From NCBI RefSeq assembly GCF_009914755.1, contig NC_060933.1: a stretch of DNA of 64,000 nucleotides. One strand, 5' to 3'. This DNA is from the human T2T-CHM13v2.0 reference genome, Homo sapiens. The translations under genes and the position numbers were made by a program. Below the pieces are notes generated by a model, which did no database searches, was not told where the DNA came from, and saw nothing but the letters and a program-made list of their open reading frames with translations. Shown here one piece after another: positions 15,391-28,837 of this stretch (its first letter is position 1; every line of letters begins with the position of its first letter).

Positions 15391-17771
15391 TTTCCCAATA
15401 TTTAAGGACAATCTAGAATTCTAGAATTATGGATATTTCCCTGAAAATGTCATTACTTTTGGATGTCACTTGCTTATTATAACTTACTCACTTGCTTATC
15501 AATAAACATTTATAGAAAACCTTCTCTGGGTCAGATAGTGTATGAATAATGAAATTCATGCTTACTGTCAAAAAACATTTTATGATTTAGTGACAGAGTC
15601 AGATATCCTCAGCAACATTTACAAAACAATGCATGGAATGCCACAATAGAGGCAATGAGGATGCTTAGAGGAAACCACTTATGTTGGCCTGGGGAATCGG
15701 AACTTGTGGCTGTAATAAAGCTTTCTTCTCTTAGATTATGAATGTTGCTCATGGGGAGCACTTAAATGAGCTCCCTGAGAACAGGGACCACAACTTCTTT
15801 GTTTTTATTTTTTAGTCTGAGTGTAGTGCTTTGACTATAGTAGTTGATCAATGTGGTGAGCAGAAAAGGTAGCTTCCCTACATTACAGCTAGTAGTGGTG
15901 TTTGCTGGACTTCAGCAGGTCTTTGTAAATTCAAAGCCCAGGCTCTCTAACACCATACATAGCACTTTGTTACTCACAATGAATGGTTTGCTACAGAATG
16001 CTTTCTCTTTTCTAATCTGCTTCTTGTCTGATTGTCATGCAAACTTGAATGGGATAATAAATGTAAAGTAATTAGCATAGAAGAAGCACTCAGTGACTAT
16101 TACCTGCTATTATTACTTTATAATGTAGTCTGCATTATTTTTTTCCTTTATTTAAATCTTCAACTTTGCTGAATTGCTTATTGAAGAAAATGCTGTCTCT
16201 AAACATAACATTACTGGCAGCTGGAAGTGAAACTTACACATTATGCTTCATGGTATCTGAGAGTCATGAAGTTTACAAAGACATTTCTGGTCTTATTCTG
16301 ATAAATATCACATGCTAGTATTTCCTACATTCCCATTTACTCAGTGTTCCCTACTTCCTAAAGGAGGGAAAAGCGCCGTCGAACAGTTGTCAAATTTTCT
16401 TCACAAACAGCTTGGTTTTCCTTAATGGATGAAATCACCCTTCGTTGATGGATCCATTTGCACAGGAATTTCTAGATCATCTCAGGGCTCACACTCTGGG
16501 TCCCACCTCCTGCTCTGCTACAAATGGTTAGGTATCTTTATGCATCAGTATCCAGCTGGCCATAGCGGCCCTGTGTCAGAAATTATATTTCCTCTAATTG
16601 GCTAAAGGGACCATTTTCTTAATAGTTTCTTTCTTTTATAGGGCCACGTGCTATATTCCATTTATATACACATTCTGGAACACAGTATTCCAGAGCATGT
16701 TAATTGTTCAGAGATAATGGACCTAACAAATAGAATGGTGCGGTTAAGGAGAAATCCAGTTGCATGGAGGTCCTTTGTCTTTTGTGTGGCTTGAAGAGGT
16801 TGAGGATGCTGATGTGTTCTTTGGGAAGAGATTCACAGTTGACAGGAAACATCTGCTTTAATTTGCTCCAACATCAACAAGATCGATGTGGTAGGAAACC
16901 TGTTGTTACTATGTGAGTTCCATTTATCAAGGCAGGGCTTGGCCTGAAATCAGGGCTATTTGGACAGGTACCACAATGGGTCAAAATATGGACATAACAA
17001 AGCAGCATTACTTGAGAGTATCGTGTGGCTGTTTCTCTATTTAAAGGGAGTCATGTTCCTTCTATACCTGTCTGGCTATCTTCATTTCTTTCTATGTCTT
17101 TCTCGTTATGTTTTTCTTTCTCAGCACATTTCCATTCAGGGCCTCAATTACGAGTGTAACAGTTCTCACCCTAAATTCTGCCTCCATATCCTCTCTCCTG
17201 GGTAAGAAAGGCTCCCAGTGATGGCAACTCTCAATGGAGGGGGATTCTCCCCAAGGGTTTCCCAAATATTTTCAGAAACAGCTATGCAAACACACAGACT
17301 CACACACGCTAGTACTCACCAAACCTTGGAGATTATCCACTACCCCTAAGGTATACCTGCCTCTTCTGGCTAACCTTCAGAATCGCTTACCTAGAATTAA
17401 TTAAAGATGCTCTTACTTTCAGGAAAACTGCCTTGGTTTTCATTATTTGGAAAAGTAAAGTTTGTATCTGACGCTTAAAATATGCCTCTGGAGAACTCAA
17501 AGAATTCAAAGCATTCTTATATCAGTGCATCTGTGATACTAATCTTTTAGAAAATTATTACACTGCTAATAAAATGTGCAGTGTGGATTCATGCCACTGA
17601 GCTTAGGTTATTGCCTCCACTATTTTTGAAATGCTAGTGCCCATGATGTCCTGATGCAGGAACTCATCTCTTAACAAAACAACACAGCCATATACAGAAA
17701 AAATAAGGTCCTTTTTCACCCATTCTGGTGTAGGGTAGCTCAATCAATTAAAAGAAATTGCAAAGGCTATA

Positions 17772-18190
17772 TGCTATGGTTTGGGTGTTTGTCCTCTCCA
17801 AACCTCATGTTGAAATATGATTCCCAGTATTGAAGGTGGGGCCTAATGGGAGGTGTTTGGATCATGAGGACAGATCCCTCTTGAATAAATTAATTCTGTC
17901 TCTTGGAGGTGAGTTCTTACTCAGTTCCCATGAGAGCTGGTTGTCACAAAGAGCTGGTATCTCCCCATCTTCTTGCTTCCTCTCTCTCCATGTGATCTCT
18001 GCACATGCCAGCTCTCCTTCACCTTCTACCATGAGTGGACACAGCCTGAGGGCCTCACCAGAAGCTGAATAGATGCTGGCACCAGGCTTCCTGTATAGCC
18101 CGCAGAACCATGAGCTAAACAGACCTCTTTTCTTAATAAATTACCCAGCCTCAGGTATTCCTTTATAGCCACACAAAATGGACTAAGACA
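17772..18190 (+). mobile_element. MaLR solo LTR (MST-type)
   Basis: TGCTATGGTTTGG...AATTACCCAGCCTCAGGTATTCC...GACTAAGACA. Confidence 0.88.
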
Positions 18191-19657
18191 CCCTATCACT
18201 GGAGTCCACTCAGACTACCAGGTGAGATAAATCCAGGAGCTTCCAGGTTCTTTGTTCTTGATTCTGGCAATGGGTCCAAATAAAAGACAATGAAAGGATA
18301 TGCTATTGGCTACTTTGTCATTTCATCTTCCTGCTTCCTACCTAATGACCTGAATGCACATGTGCTCCCGCTGTCAGTCTCCCCACTGTGAACAACTCTC
18401 CTTTCTCTTTACGAACCTCCTCTGCCCTGGGCAGGCTGGTGACCACACTGCTCTGGGCCAGATACTGTGCCCAGTACAGAGAGGAGGTGCACGAGGAAAT
18501 GATAAGGCACATCTCTGCTTTGGAGAATCTCATTGCCCAAGAAGACATATAGACAAGTAAACCAGTTACAGAAATAATGGTTAAGGTACACTGGTGGTAT
18601 GAAGAAGGGACGAATCAGTTTTGCCTAAGATTGGAGGATGCTGGGCAAAAAAGGCTTCAGAGAAGAGGAGGTATTTGGAGAGTGCATTGAAGGTTGAATA
18701 GAAGGTTTAGAGAATCAGAATTTGCCTAGTGTACAGAAAGAAAAATTGAAAGGCAGTGGATGGCCATCAGTAGAAGGGTGTGAGGCACAAGTTATTGAGG
18801 TACATGAAGAGACTGACAGTCATGATCATTATGAAGCATTAGTTGAAGGGTCACAGAGGTACGCATAAGTATACCAGTGGTAATGCTGCTGGAAGAGTAG
18901 CCAGGGGACTGGAGAAAAGAAGGCACCATGTTATGTGCTGGGACCTCATTCATTCTTCATGTCATAAGGAGCCAATTCTTCTCTGGACTTTTCCACATTC
19001 CATGCAAAGTCTGTCTGGCTTCCTGTCCATTTACTTTCTGGTCATTCAAGTCCTACCACTGTCCGGTGTCCAGTTGCTCCTCACATGCAGATGGAAAACC
19101 TGGGCCAGGTCAAAGTCTGAAGACCTAGAGAACTGGGCAGAGCTCTGGGCAGTGTGGGATCTGCCCACACCTCTCAGAGAGAGGAACTGAGGTGATTGTT
19201 CTGAGAGGCAGTGAGCAGGGAGACCCCGAAGCCAAAGGCTGGCAGGATCCAGCAGGGCAGAGGCCAGCAGGGGAATTCAGGGAAGAGCCTCAGGGCTGAC
19301 AATGGGGACACCTGACTACAGTCAAGGGGATTCAAAGCACAGCCTGGAACCTGGAGGAATCCCCTGGAACATGGACACAGAAATGCGGACAGCTGAAGCC
19401 ATGAACGTGACCACAGGTAGGGAGCTTGCAGTTAGGGACAGGAGCCAACTTTACTTAGACATAACTCAAATTCATTTCATTTCTGAAGGAAATGAAATTT
19501 CCTTCTTTTTCACCTGGTTGGAATTTATTGCTATCTCCTTAATGGTGCATAGCACCTTGTTTATTTATGCTTTGAGTAATTGTAATATGCCTTGTTTTAT
19601 AGTATTTTTATACATTTCTACTTCAACTCTTGATTATAAATTTGTTAAGGCAGGGAA

Positions 19658-19706
<49 letters not shown>

Positions 19707-19735
19707 GTCTGTCTATCTTATCTATCTATCATCTA
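19658..19735. repeat. (ATCT)n/(GTCT)n tetranucleotide STR
   Basis: Direct reading, >10 units. Confidence 0.92.
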
Positions 19736-21879
19736 CACACACTAATGGTATTTTAGCTATAGCATACATAAATACATAGGTACATTTTGTTGAATTGAAA
19801 TTAAGTGAATTAATCCCATCCTCTTTCAGAATAGAAATTATGTTTTCTGGGAGCTAGAAACTATTGTGAGAGATGTTAGTATTGTTGAAATTTAAAAGGG
19901 GCTGTCCAGTTCAGTTGTGGCCTGGTGTGTACTGAATGACATCCAAATTCTAAGTAAGTGGAATTGCTATCAGATCTGAAATAAATTAGCCATGCTCGTG
20001 AGAAGATGTAGAGTGAGGAATTCCTTCCACAAATGCTCTGCTTATCTGATTATTGGTTAGCCAGTGATTTCCTGTCATCCACAAAAAAAGATGAAATAGT
20101 AAGAGAAAAGTAAATACTAGGTGAAGTGCTTTGAGCCAAAGAGAGTCCATCTAAGCAGTGATGGATGGCTCTGTTGGGATCCCGGCAGTAGTGCATGATG
20201 ATGTTGTTGTATAAATACATCAGCTCCTTTAACCCTCGGGGGACCCTGAAGCATGTGTTTTTCACGGGCCCCTAGCGTGCTCATGCGGGATTAAGTTTCA
20301 GTTGCCTACTGTGGTAATTGGCTTGAGAAGCCTATCTTTATTAATTTTCTCCTCTTCCTTGTCTTATTTCTCTTCTCCCCTACCTGTGTTCTCTTCATTC
20401 CCTTCCTCCCTACAAAATAAACTCTGTGAGTTTGAATTCTTGTTTCAGGATTCAAGTTTGCTCCTGGGGAACCAAATTAAGACTAAAGAATATGTATTCT
20501 CTTTCTTCTCATTTGGCGTTGAGACATTTTAAAGCCTCAACAATTTTCCCTATATAAGCAGTTCCAATTATTTGTGCCTGACTTATAAAAAGTAGGTAAT
20601 GAGAAAATTAAGGCTTGCAGACAAATCTTACACAATTGCAGCAGAATATCTCAGAAATGTGCCCAATTCTGAGATAGAAAGAAAAGAAAAAAAATCCCAC
20701 ATCTTTATTATGGTTTCCCAATGCCTCTTCAAAGCGCATTAAGTAGGTGTAATCCTCGCCCCTCCCATACGATAGTGGGCAGACCCCATGACTTTTACTA
20801 GCCAAGATAATAATCAAAACTCCACCTTATCTTTAATGGCAAACCTTCCTCCAGTTGGAGTGTGCTTTGGGCTGTCCACCTGTGCTGGGAAAGAGAGGAA
20901 AGGAGGTATGGTCGGTGTCTTCTCTCCACTTTGTGCCATTTCTCTTTTCTTCTCCCATCTCAGCTGGCCCACCATTTCTGACCTCTTGCTGTTGGAGGAA
21001 TGGTAAGGAACAAGAAAGCTCTTACAGAATGGACACTGATATAATCTGGTTTTGCACATTCTAAGCCTGGTGGTTGTTCAAAACTGACGCTTTTCCTGGG
21101 GCTTGCTTGGGTCCTTTGGAAGACGGTTTTCCAGAAGACTTCTCTCCTACAGGTCATTGTACCTGGTTCATGCATCTCTAGTTGCATGCATTCTTGGTGT
21201 TTACTTGTGACGCATTTGTAGCCCCCGTCTAGCTTCCTGCTGGTAGGGCCCTCCGCTCTCTAAGTGATTGTACTGGACAGAACCCCAAATGACCCTTGGC
21301 TGGATCTCTCCCACATGGCACACATCTGCTCTACTGAAAATGCTCATGACTTTCCTGGCCCGAGAAGCGTTGCTGATTCCAATACCACCTTACCCTGGTG
21401 CCCCAGGCTACTTTAGCATCATTGGGCCAAAGTCAGGCAGCATCCTCTGGGTCTCCCAGCTCCATTTAAGTTCATGAAAATGGTCATTTAAGCTTTCTGA
21501 AAGGTGTCTTAAGAAGCCTTGTTAGAAGTAGCAGCCCTTCCTCATTTTTCTTCCCTATAAGCAGAAGTGGGAATTCTCCTTGATAAAATCCTCCCCCCAA
21601 AAATATCTTCAAAAATCTTGTGGAATCCAATAGTCATGGAAATGGTTCTCAGAATTTTCATGATAAGGTCTGCATATGGTGAGCTGGTTTTGGAATACCC
21701 CTTTTGTTGTATTCGATTATCCCAGGGAAACTTTTTTTTCCAACATCCTGTTACTATAGTTTCAGATATCCTGCCATTAGGCCATGTTTGGGGTCATAAT
21801 TCAGGGCACTTTCACCTGTATGGGGGGCCTCTTGGAGAGAGGAGCATATTATTGAAAACAGTAAGCAGTTAATGCTTTA

Positions 21880-22250
21880 TTTTGCTTTATCATTTTATTG
21901 GTAAAATTTATTTCAATGCAAAACATATACAGAGACAAGTACACGGTGGTAAATGTATAGCTCAATAAATCTAATGAAATAAACACACCAATGTAACAGA
22001 TCAAGAAAGAGGACATTACTAGCTTCCAGATGCCCTATCATGTGGCTTCCCAGTTTAGTTCCCTCAAGGATAATGAATATTCTGACTATTAATGTCATAG
22101 ATCAGTTTTATCTTCTTTTGAAGTTTATGTAAGTGGAATCTTTTCTGTCTGGTCAATATCATGTTTCCGAGATTCATCTATATTGTTGCCTTTAGTTGGA
22201 GACTGTTCATTCTCATTACTGGATGGCCATCCTGTGAATATACTTGGGCA
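21880..22250 (-). mobile_element. Ancient L1 (L1ME-like) 3' fragment
   Basis: AACACACCAATGTAACAGATCAAGAAAGAGGACATTACTAGC and GAGATTCATCTATATTGTTGC motifs. Confidence 0.65.
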
Positions 22251-24281
22251 GTTAATATTTGATCAATTAATTTCTTCCCTCAAGGGTAGCTCAAAAGTTG
22301 ACCATGGCCTCCCTACACCGTCCCTGATTTCAATCTGAATCCACAGGAAGAGTCTCACCTTACTCTAATGACTTGCATTGAATATCAGAACACAGAAGTA
22401 GGATTTTTTCCAATTTTTAAACAATGTGCAGAGGTAGGCTTTTTCAGGGTAGCAGTTTATTATTTATTTCCATACTTTGTGTTTTATCCCATCAATCTGC
22501 TCTTTCAATTTGGCTTAGAGTTATAGAATGTTCGAGCTGGAGAAACCACATTTTCTGAGAAACATTTTATATAAATTCTGATAACAGTTGTATGAACTTC
22601 TATTTCTTCAAGAATCATGATAAGTTTTATCATATAGGTCCCAAGAAAAATCTAGGTACAGTAACAACTGGAGATCAGGAATATTTTTCTAAATATTTCT
22701 TGCATTGTACTTTTATAATGAGTCTTTTTTCAATTAAAGTGAAAAGCATCAAAGCATGATAGATTTTTTTACCTGAGAAAATGGTCTTTTCATTTATATT
22801 TGAATAAAAATTCAAATTTAAAACTTCACCATAAAAGTCAGTAATGTTGACAACTTGTCAGCACCTACTTCATAGATTGATACCCACACTATAATTTAGA
22901 ATGTGGAAGTTAAAATAGTATCTACACCCTGAATAATAAATAACATGCACTAAAGACTTTTCTTTTATGGAACTCTATTAGTGTCCTTCCTAAAAATAAA
23001 ATGAAATGAACTTTCCTAAAGTGTAGTAATATTAGTACTATCTAAGTCATCATCCTGGCCTTATGAAATATTGGCATTTTCTACTGGTGTAACTTTTATT
23101 AGAAGCATCTCATCATAACTAGTAGGATCATCTCAAAGGGGTTGCAACACATTAGCAGGTAATGAAATCAACGTAGTGTTTCCTGAACGGTATCGGGTGG
23201 GTGGGGGGGAAAAAGAATACACACAGACACACAGAGGAAGGGGTAAAAGAGAATAAGAAATATCAAGATGCATAACACACGGATAAGTAAGTATTGTTAA
23301 GTACAACTCTTGCTTCAGTTATACATATGTGTGTGCTGGGCTGCAATGTAAAAATGCATTTCTCAATGGATTGGGTCAAAATAGTTTTCAAGTCACTGAC
23401 TTAAGATTTTATCCTAGGGGATGAGGAAATTAGTCTAAGTGATTACCTCTTTCTGGTGGGATGTTTGTTTAATCTGTCATCTTAAAACACTGCTGAGTTC
23501 CTATTTTCAGTTCATTTTTGTATACTACCAAAGCTGCTACTCAAAGGCTGAGCTTCTATTTGCTTGTTCTGCATGGTGCCCACTGGTCCTTACTCTTTTT
23601 GATATAGTTATCTACTTTTTAAAGACAGTTTAGCACTCACATATTTTTGTTCAATCTTTACTTCTCACACAAACAGAAAAAGGAAATTATATATTCTGTA
23701 TCAACAAAGATTTAACAAAACATCCATACACTACAACTGTCTACTTACTAAAATTAAGAATTAGTATATTATCTTTTTTCTTCTTATATTAAAACTATCT
23801 TTTCATACACTATTTTAAGTTTATGAACTGAAAGTCTTTTAGAGATAATTTACTTCAATGAACTATTATTATTTATATTTTATAAGCAAATTGTCACAAC
23901 TTGGTATTAGCTAGCTCTACTGTTCGCTTACAGTCTCTAAAGTTTCTGAAAGCATCCATGATTTCTGCTACAAAGAAGATACTTAGGAACGATTCTGTTT
24001 TCCTACTCTGTGACCTAAAATTGACTGGTTCTTCAATGGAAATGAGATCCATATCGGGCACTAAGGGTATACAGAAATAATTGTGGGCAAAAGTACTAAA
24101 GCTATTTTTGTTGCACTATATTTTGAGATCTCTTTAAGGCTCTGTGTTCTTACTGATTTATTCCAATTTAATGTATTGTACTATTGCATCCTACTTTTTC
24201 TTTTTAAATATATTATTATTGACTGCTACAGACTTTGTGTTAAACTGACAGGAAGTTTTTATAAACAATAACAGCACTCAC

Positions 24282-24395
24282 ATTTTGAAAGACTGGTTCC
24301 CATTGTTCTCTTGGTCCAATTGCATCTGAACGCCAACAACAAGTTCATCTGAATTTATACTAAGGTATTTTCCATAGCCAGGTTTCAGGGCGATT
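24282..24395 (-). pseudogene. FRG1: FRG1 pseudo-exon 5 (114 nt)
   Basis: gtacag|AATCGCCCTG...TTTCAAAAT|gtgagt; 1-nt deletion in GGG CGT (reads GGCGT). Confidence 0.95.
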
Positions 24396-24540
24396 CTGTA
24401 CATTAATAAGATAGATAAAAGTTAAAAACTAAGAGAAAATTAATTATAGGACATCAAAACAGGACATGTGTATGTGTGTGGGTGTGTACATATCTAAAAT
24501 TCCAGACTGGACATATTCCAAGTGTTCAAAAGATGCATGT

Positions 24541-24837
24541 GGCTGAGTGGTGACTCACTCCTGTAATCTCTGTGCTTTGGGAAGCCAATGGGAGAAGTGC
24601 TTGAGGCAAGAAGTTCAAGATCAGCCTGGACAACATAGTGAGACCCCATCTTTACAAAAAATTTAAAAAGTTAGCTGGGCATGGTGGTGTGCACATGTAA
24701 TACCAGCTACTTGGGAGGCTGACGCAGGAGGAGTGCTTGAGCCCAGAAATTTGAGGTTATAGTGAGCTATGATCACACCACTGCCCTCCAGCCTGGGTGA
24801 CAGAGTGAGACTCTGTGCCTTCAAAAAAAAAAAAAAA
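24541..24837 (+). mobile_element. AluJ, in pseudogene intron 4
   Basis: Dimeric Alu with poly(A). Confidence 0.9.
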
Positions 24838-26179
24838 GCTACATGTGACTAGTTGTTGCCATATTGGACAGTACAGTTTTAAATTTAGTTTTATATTTTG
24901 CTTTTTTAATATAAACATTGTACCTTATATATTACATAATAAATATTTTCAAAATTCATCATGCTTCAATTATACCTCTTTAGTTATAAACTTCAATAAT
25001 AAATTACTAAAACTTTATGTCATCAAACTGTTTTCCAGAAAATGCTGCTTCCATTTACATTCTTACCTCAAATTAACAGAGTATGTTTTGTATCATGGAT
25101 TTTTTTTTTAAATGTTATGACTCTAAAAAAATACTTGAAAACCTGATATGAAAAAAACAGTATCCTATTAATTTGCATTTTAGTAGTTAACTAGAATAAC
25201 AATTATTTTTCTTTTCCTTTCCTTTTTAGTTTTTAGATTATCTGGTAATGCCCCTTGTCCATTTTTCTATTCAGATCTGATTGTTCACAATTTTTCTACT
25301 GGGGTCTTCAGTGCTATGAATTCTATACAAGATACATATGAAGAGTAAGAACTCACTGCCTATTAAGATTGTTGCAAATATTTTCTCATTTGTCAGTTTT
25401 CTTTATAATCCTTTTTTGTTTATAATTGTAAAGCAGTTTAAAACTATTGAGTTTTTCTTCCTCTGCTTTTATTCTTTTTCACCCTACTTATCACTTTCAA
25501 AGAAAGTATAGAAATAATCATCTTAATGTGATTTTTTAAAATTATGATTTCTTTTACCTTACCAAGAATCTCCTCGGATGCCAGAATTGACTTTTACTCC
25601 CTTATACATTAATGATTATATAACAGAAATCATTATCATGTTGATGTAACCAATTACTAAAATATGTAAATTCACTTTCAGTATCTTTTACCCAAAGAAT
25701 CATTCTATACTTCTGCACAAGGTGAGAATAAAAAAGGTTACTTTATAAAATGACTGTAAAAATAGTGAGTACAAATATTCTTTTGGTCGTTATGATGCTG
25801 TAACATTCTCTGCTGGTTTCAACAATATTCCTTTTTTTTAGTCTTCCTGTTTGTCTTTGGACTTCCAAACAGTGAGTTTAAATATCATAGCAACAGTGAA
25901 CCAGGTTTTGTACTATTTGATTTATTTTTTAATCTATCTTATTTGCCGTATAAAATTATTAATCTTCATCTTTTAACTTACATATCTTTTCTCCAGCCTA
26001 GCATTATATATTGAGAGGAAATCCACTAAAAGTAGATCACAAAATCTACTTTTCAAAAAAGCTATTTTGTTTTTTATATCAAAATTACCATGGGCTTAAG
26101 ACAGATACTAAAATTTTTAATGAATACAATTAAATTTTTAAAATAACTGGTTACTAATTATATTACAATATAAGTTCAC

Positions 26180-26237
26180 CTGGAATTAGATAATTTGACA
26201 GCCATAAACTGCTCTGGAGGACTAGGGCCCTCATCAA
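26180..26237 (-). pseudogene. FRG1: FRG1 pseudo-exon 4 (58 nt)
   Basis: caatag|TTGATGAGGGCCCTAGTCCTCCAGAGCAG...AATTCCAG|gtgaac. Confidence 0.95.
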
Positions 26238-27018
26238 CTATTGGAGAAAAAACATTTGAAAATAAATTTGACATATGCTATAAATATAAAGACATTATTT
26301 TGCTTTAAAAAATGTGGCTATTTTCTTCTGCAATTAAATGTAAGAATATTCAGATATACTGATGTCACTGTAATACTGTATCTTTGGAATCAAGATCTAT
26401 TTTACCTTCTTTTAACTATAGTGCTAATTTTATACACTGAGTAAGACAGGGTGATATAATGCTTATTTAATAACTTTCGAGATAGCTTCTCTTTATGTTT
26501 TAAAATACAGTCATAAATAAGCACTTATTTAAAAAAGCTAAATGCTTTCATTTATTCAATGGATGGCCTTGCTGACGAAATGATACTGCTTTTTATCTTC
26601 TAATTACTTCGTATCTCATTAGTGCTTCCTCTAATGGGCTAAAGAAAATGTGGAAACTTCAAACTGTTAAATGCACCCAGGTTAGTTTTGGTAATAGGTC
26701 TGAATAAAAAAGAAATTCAAATATGTTTGACTCAAATAGGTTTTCTTTTTTCTTTCCACTTACTATTTTAATTATTCATATTGTTTGGATTTCCAAAGAT
26801 ACTCTTCTGGAACTATACGGAATGTTTTCAAATGCTTATATTAGAAAGAGGGACTTGCCAATGGCTGGTACATATTAAGGAATTTAAAAAAATGGAAGAG
26901 TCAAATGCAATGGTTCCATTCCTTTGGAAAATGTTTGAGACTAGTTAGAGTTTGGCCTAAGTGAATGAATGTCCTAAAATCTACACTTGTGGCAGGATCT
27001 TCCGTTCCAGACACAAAC

Positions 27019-27144
27019 CTTCTTTGTGTGGAGCTCCCAGGGTAAAAAGACCATTGTTGAGTGCATGTATATAGGTTCCCTCATCCACTTCAATGGCTAT
27101 GGTTCCTGAAATTTCACCAAAGTTTGTTACTGTTCACCAGATTC
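27019..27144 (-). pseudogene. FRG1: FRG1 pseudo-exon 3 (126 nt)
   Basis: ttttag|GAATCTGGTGAACAG...CACAAAGAAG|gtttgt; TGG>TGA stop at 27136-27134. Confidence 0.96.
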
Positions 27145-27475
27145 CTAAAAAATAAAATTGATATTTCAACTTTATATTTTAGCTTTGACACAGAGTTCTT
27201 TGTTATTGTAACTGAGTTTTAAAAACTTTTTATTTTGCAGTCGTAAGAAATACTATGAAGATCTCACATATCCTTTACTCGCTTTCTCTCAGTGATAACA
27301 TCTTGCATAAGTATCATACATTGTTAGAATCCGGAAACTGACATTGATATAATCCATGAAGCTTATTCAGATTTCACCAGTTTTACATGTACTTGTTTGC
27401 ACGTATGTGCACAGATTCATGCGACTACCAGCACAGTCAGGATTAGGTTTTTAAAATACACAATAGCAACATACA

Positions 27476-27645
27476 GCCAGGCATGGGGGTGCATGCCTGT
27501 AATCCCAACTACTCGGGGAGCTGTGAAAGAGGATCACTTGAGCCCAGGAGTTCAAGGTTATAGTGAGCTATGATCATGCCACTGCACTCTAGCCTGAGTG
27601 ACAGAGCAAGGTCCTGTCTCAAAAAAAAACCAAAACAAAACAAAA
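27476..27645 (+). mobile_element. Free right Alu monomer (FRAM-like)
   Basis: Single right-arm Alu with A-rich tail. Confidence 0.8.
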
Positions 27646-27796
27646 GGCAACATATGAAGGTACAAAGTGATATATGGAGAACGGTCTCTCTCATGATAGA
27701 CCCCAGCCATCTATTCATGCCTGCTTTCCAGAGGCAATGTCTATCATAATGCTTCTTAAAAATGCCTCTACAGGAAGACTTTCTAGCATAGTAATT

Positions 27797-28099
27797 TTTA
27801 TTTATTTTTTTTTTTTTGAGATGGAGTCTCGCTCTGTCGCCCAGGCTGAAGTGCAGTGATGCGATCTTGGCTCACTGCAACCTCCACCTCCTGGGTTCAA
27901 ACAATTCTCTGCCTCAGCTTCCCGAGTAGCTGGGGTTACAAGAGCCTGTCACCATGCGCAAATAATTTTTTTTGTATTTTTAGTAGAGACAGGGTTTCAC
28001 CACATTGGCCAGGCTGGTCTTGAACTCCTGACCTCGTGATCCACCCGCCTCTGTCTCCCAAAGAGCTGGAATTACAGGTGTGAGCCACCGCGCCCAGCC
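27797..28099 (-). mobile_element. AluS
   Basis: Antisense Alu ending CCGCGCCCAGCC. Confidence 0.92.
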
Positions 28100-28837
28100 A
28101 GTAATCTTAACTATGATTTTAGATTGAAAGCAAAATGAGCAGAATCTATGCCTATGTATACTAATGTCCAATTTGCCAATATAAATGTTAGACTCTAGCA
28201 ACAATTATTTTAGCAGTTGTTATAAAAGTTTATATCTTAATGTTAAAAAATATCCTCAAACCTCCTCCTAATTTGTACCTTAACTAGAGTAGAAATGAGT
28301 CAATCATTAACTGGATATGACATATTAAGGAATTCTTGTTAATTTTACAAGGTCTGATAATGACATAGTATAATATAAAAGTAAAGAACAAAACAGGTGA
28401 TGAGAGAAAGACATACCACGTTAATTAATGTACATTTATTTTTTTCAAAGTTTTCAACTTCTTTGCCTTTGGTTTGAATGTCCTCCCGTAGCTCAGAGTA
28501 ATTTGATCGTCTGAAGCCTTCTCTCAGCTCTTCAAAGTCATTCTCCGTCCAGCTTTGTTCCGTTGCTGGTGAGCAGCTGCGTTCCTCTGGAGGAGGAGAG
28601 GCGCTCTGATTTTTAGAGTTTCCAGTTTTTCTGTTCTGTTTTTTCCCCATCTTTGTGGTTTTATCTACTTTTGGTCTTTGATGATGGTGATGATGTACAG
28701 ATGGGTTTTTGGTGCGTGGATGTCCTTTCTGTTTGTTAGTTTTCCTTCTAACAGACAGGACCCTCAGCTGTAGGTCTGTTGGAGTACCCTGCAGTGTGAG
28801 GTGTCAGTGTGCACCTGCTGGAGGGTGCCTCCCAGTT

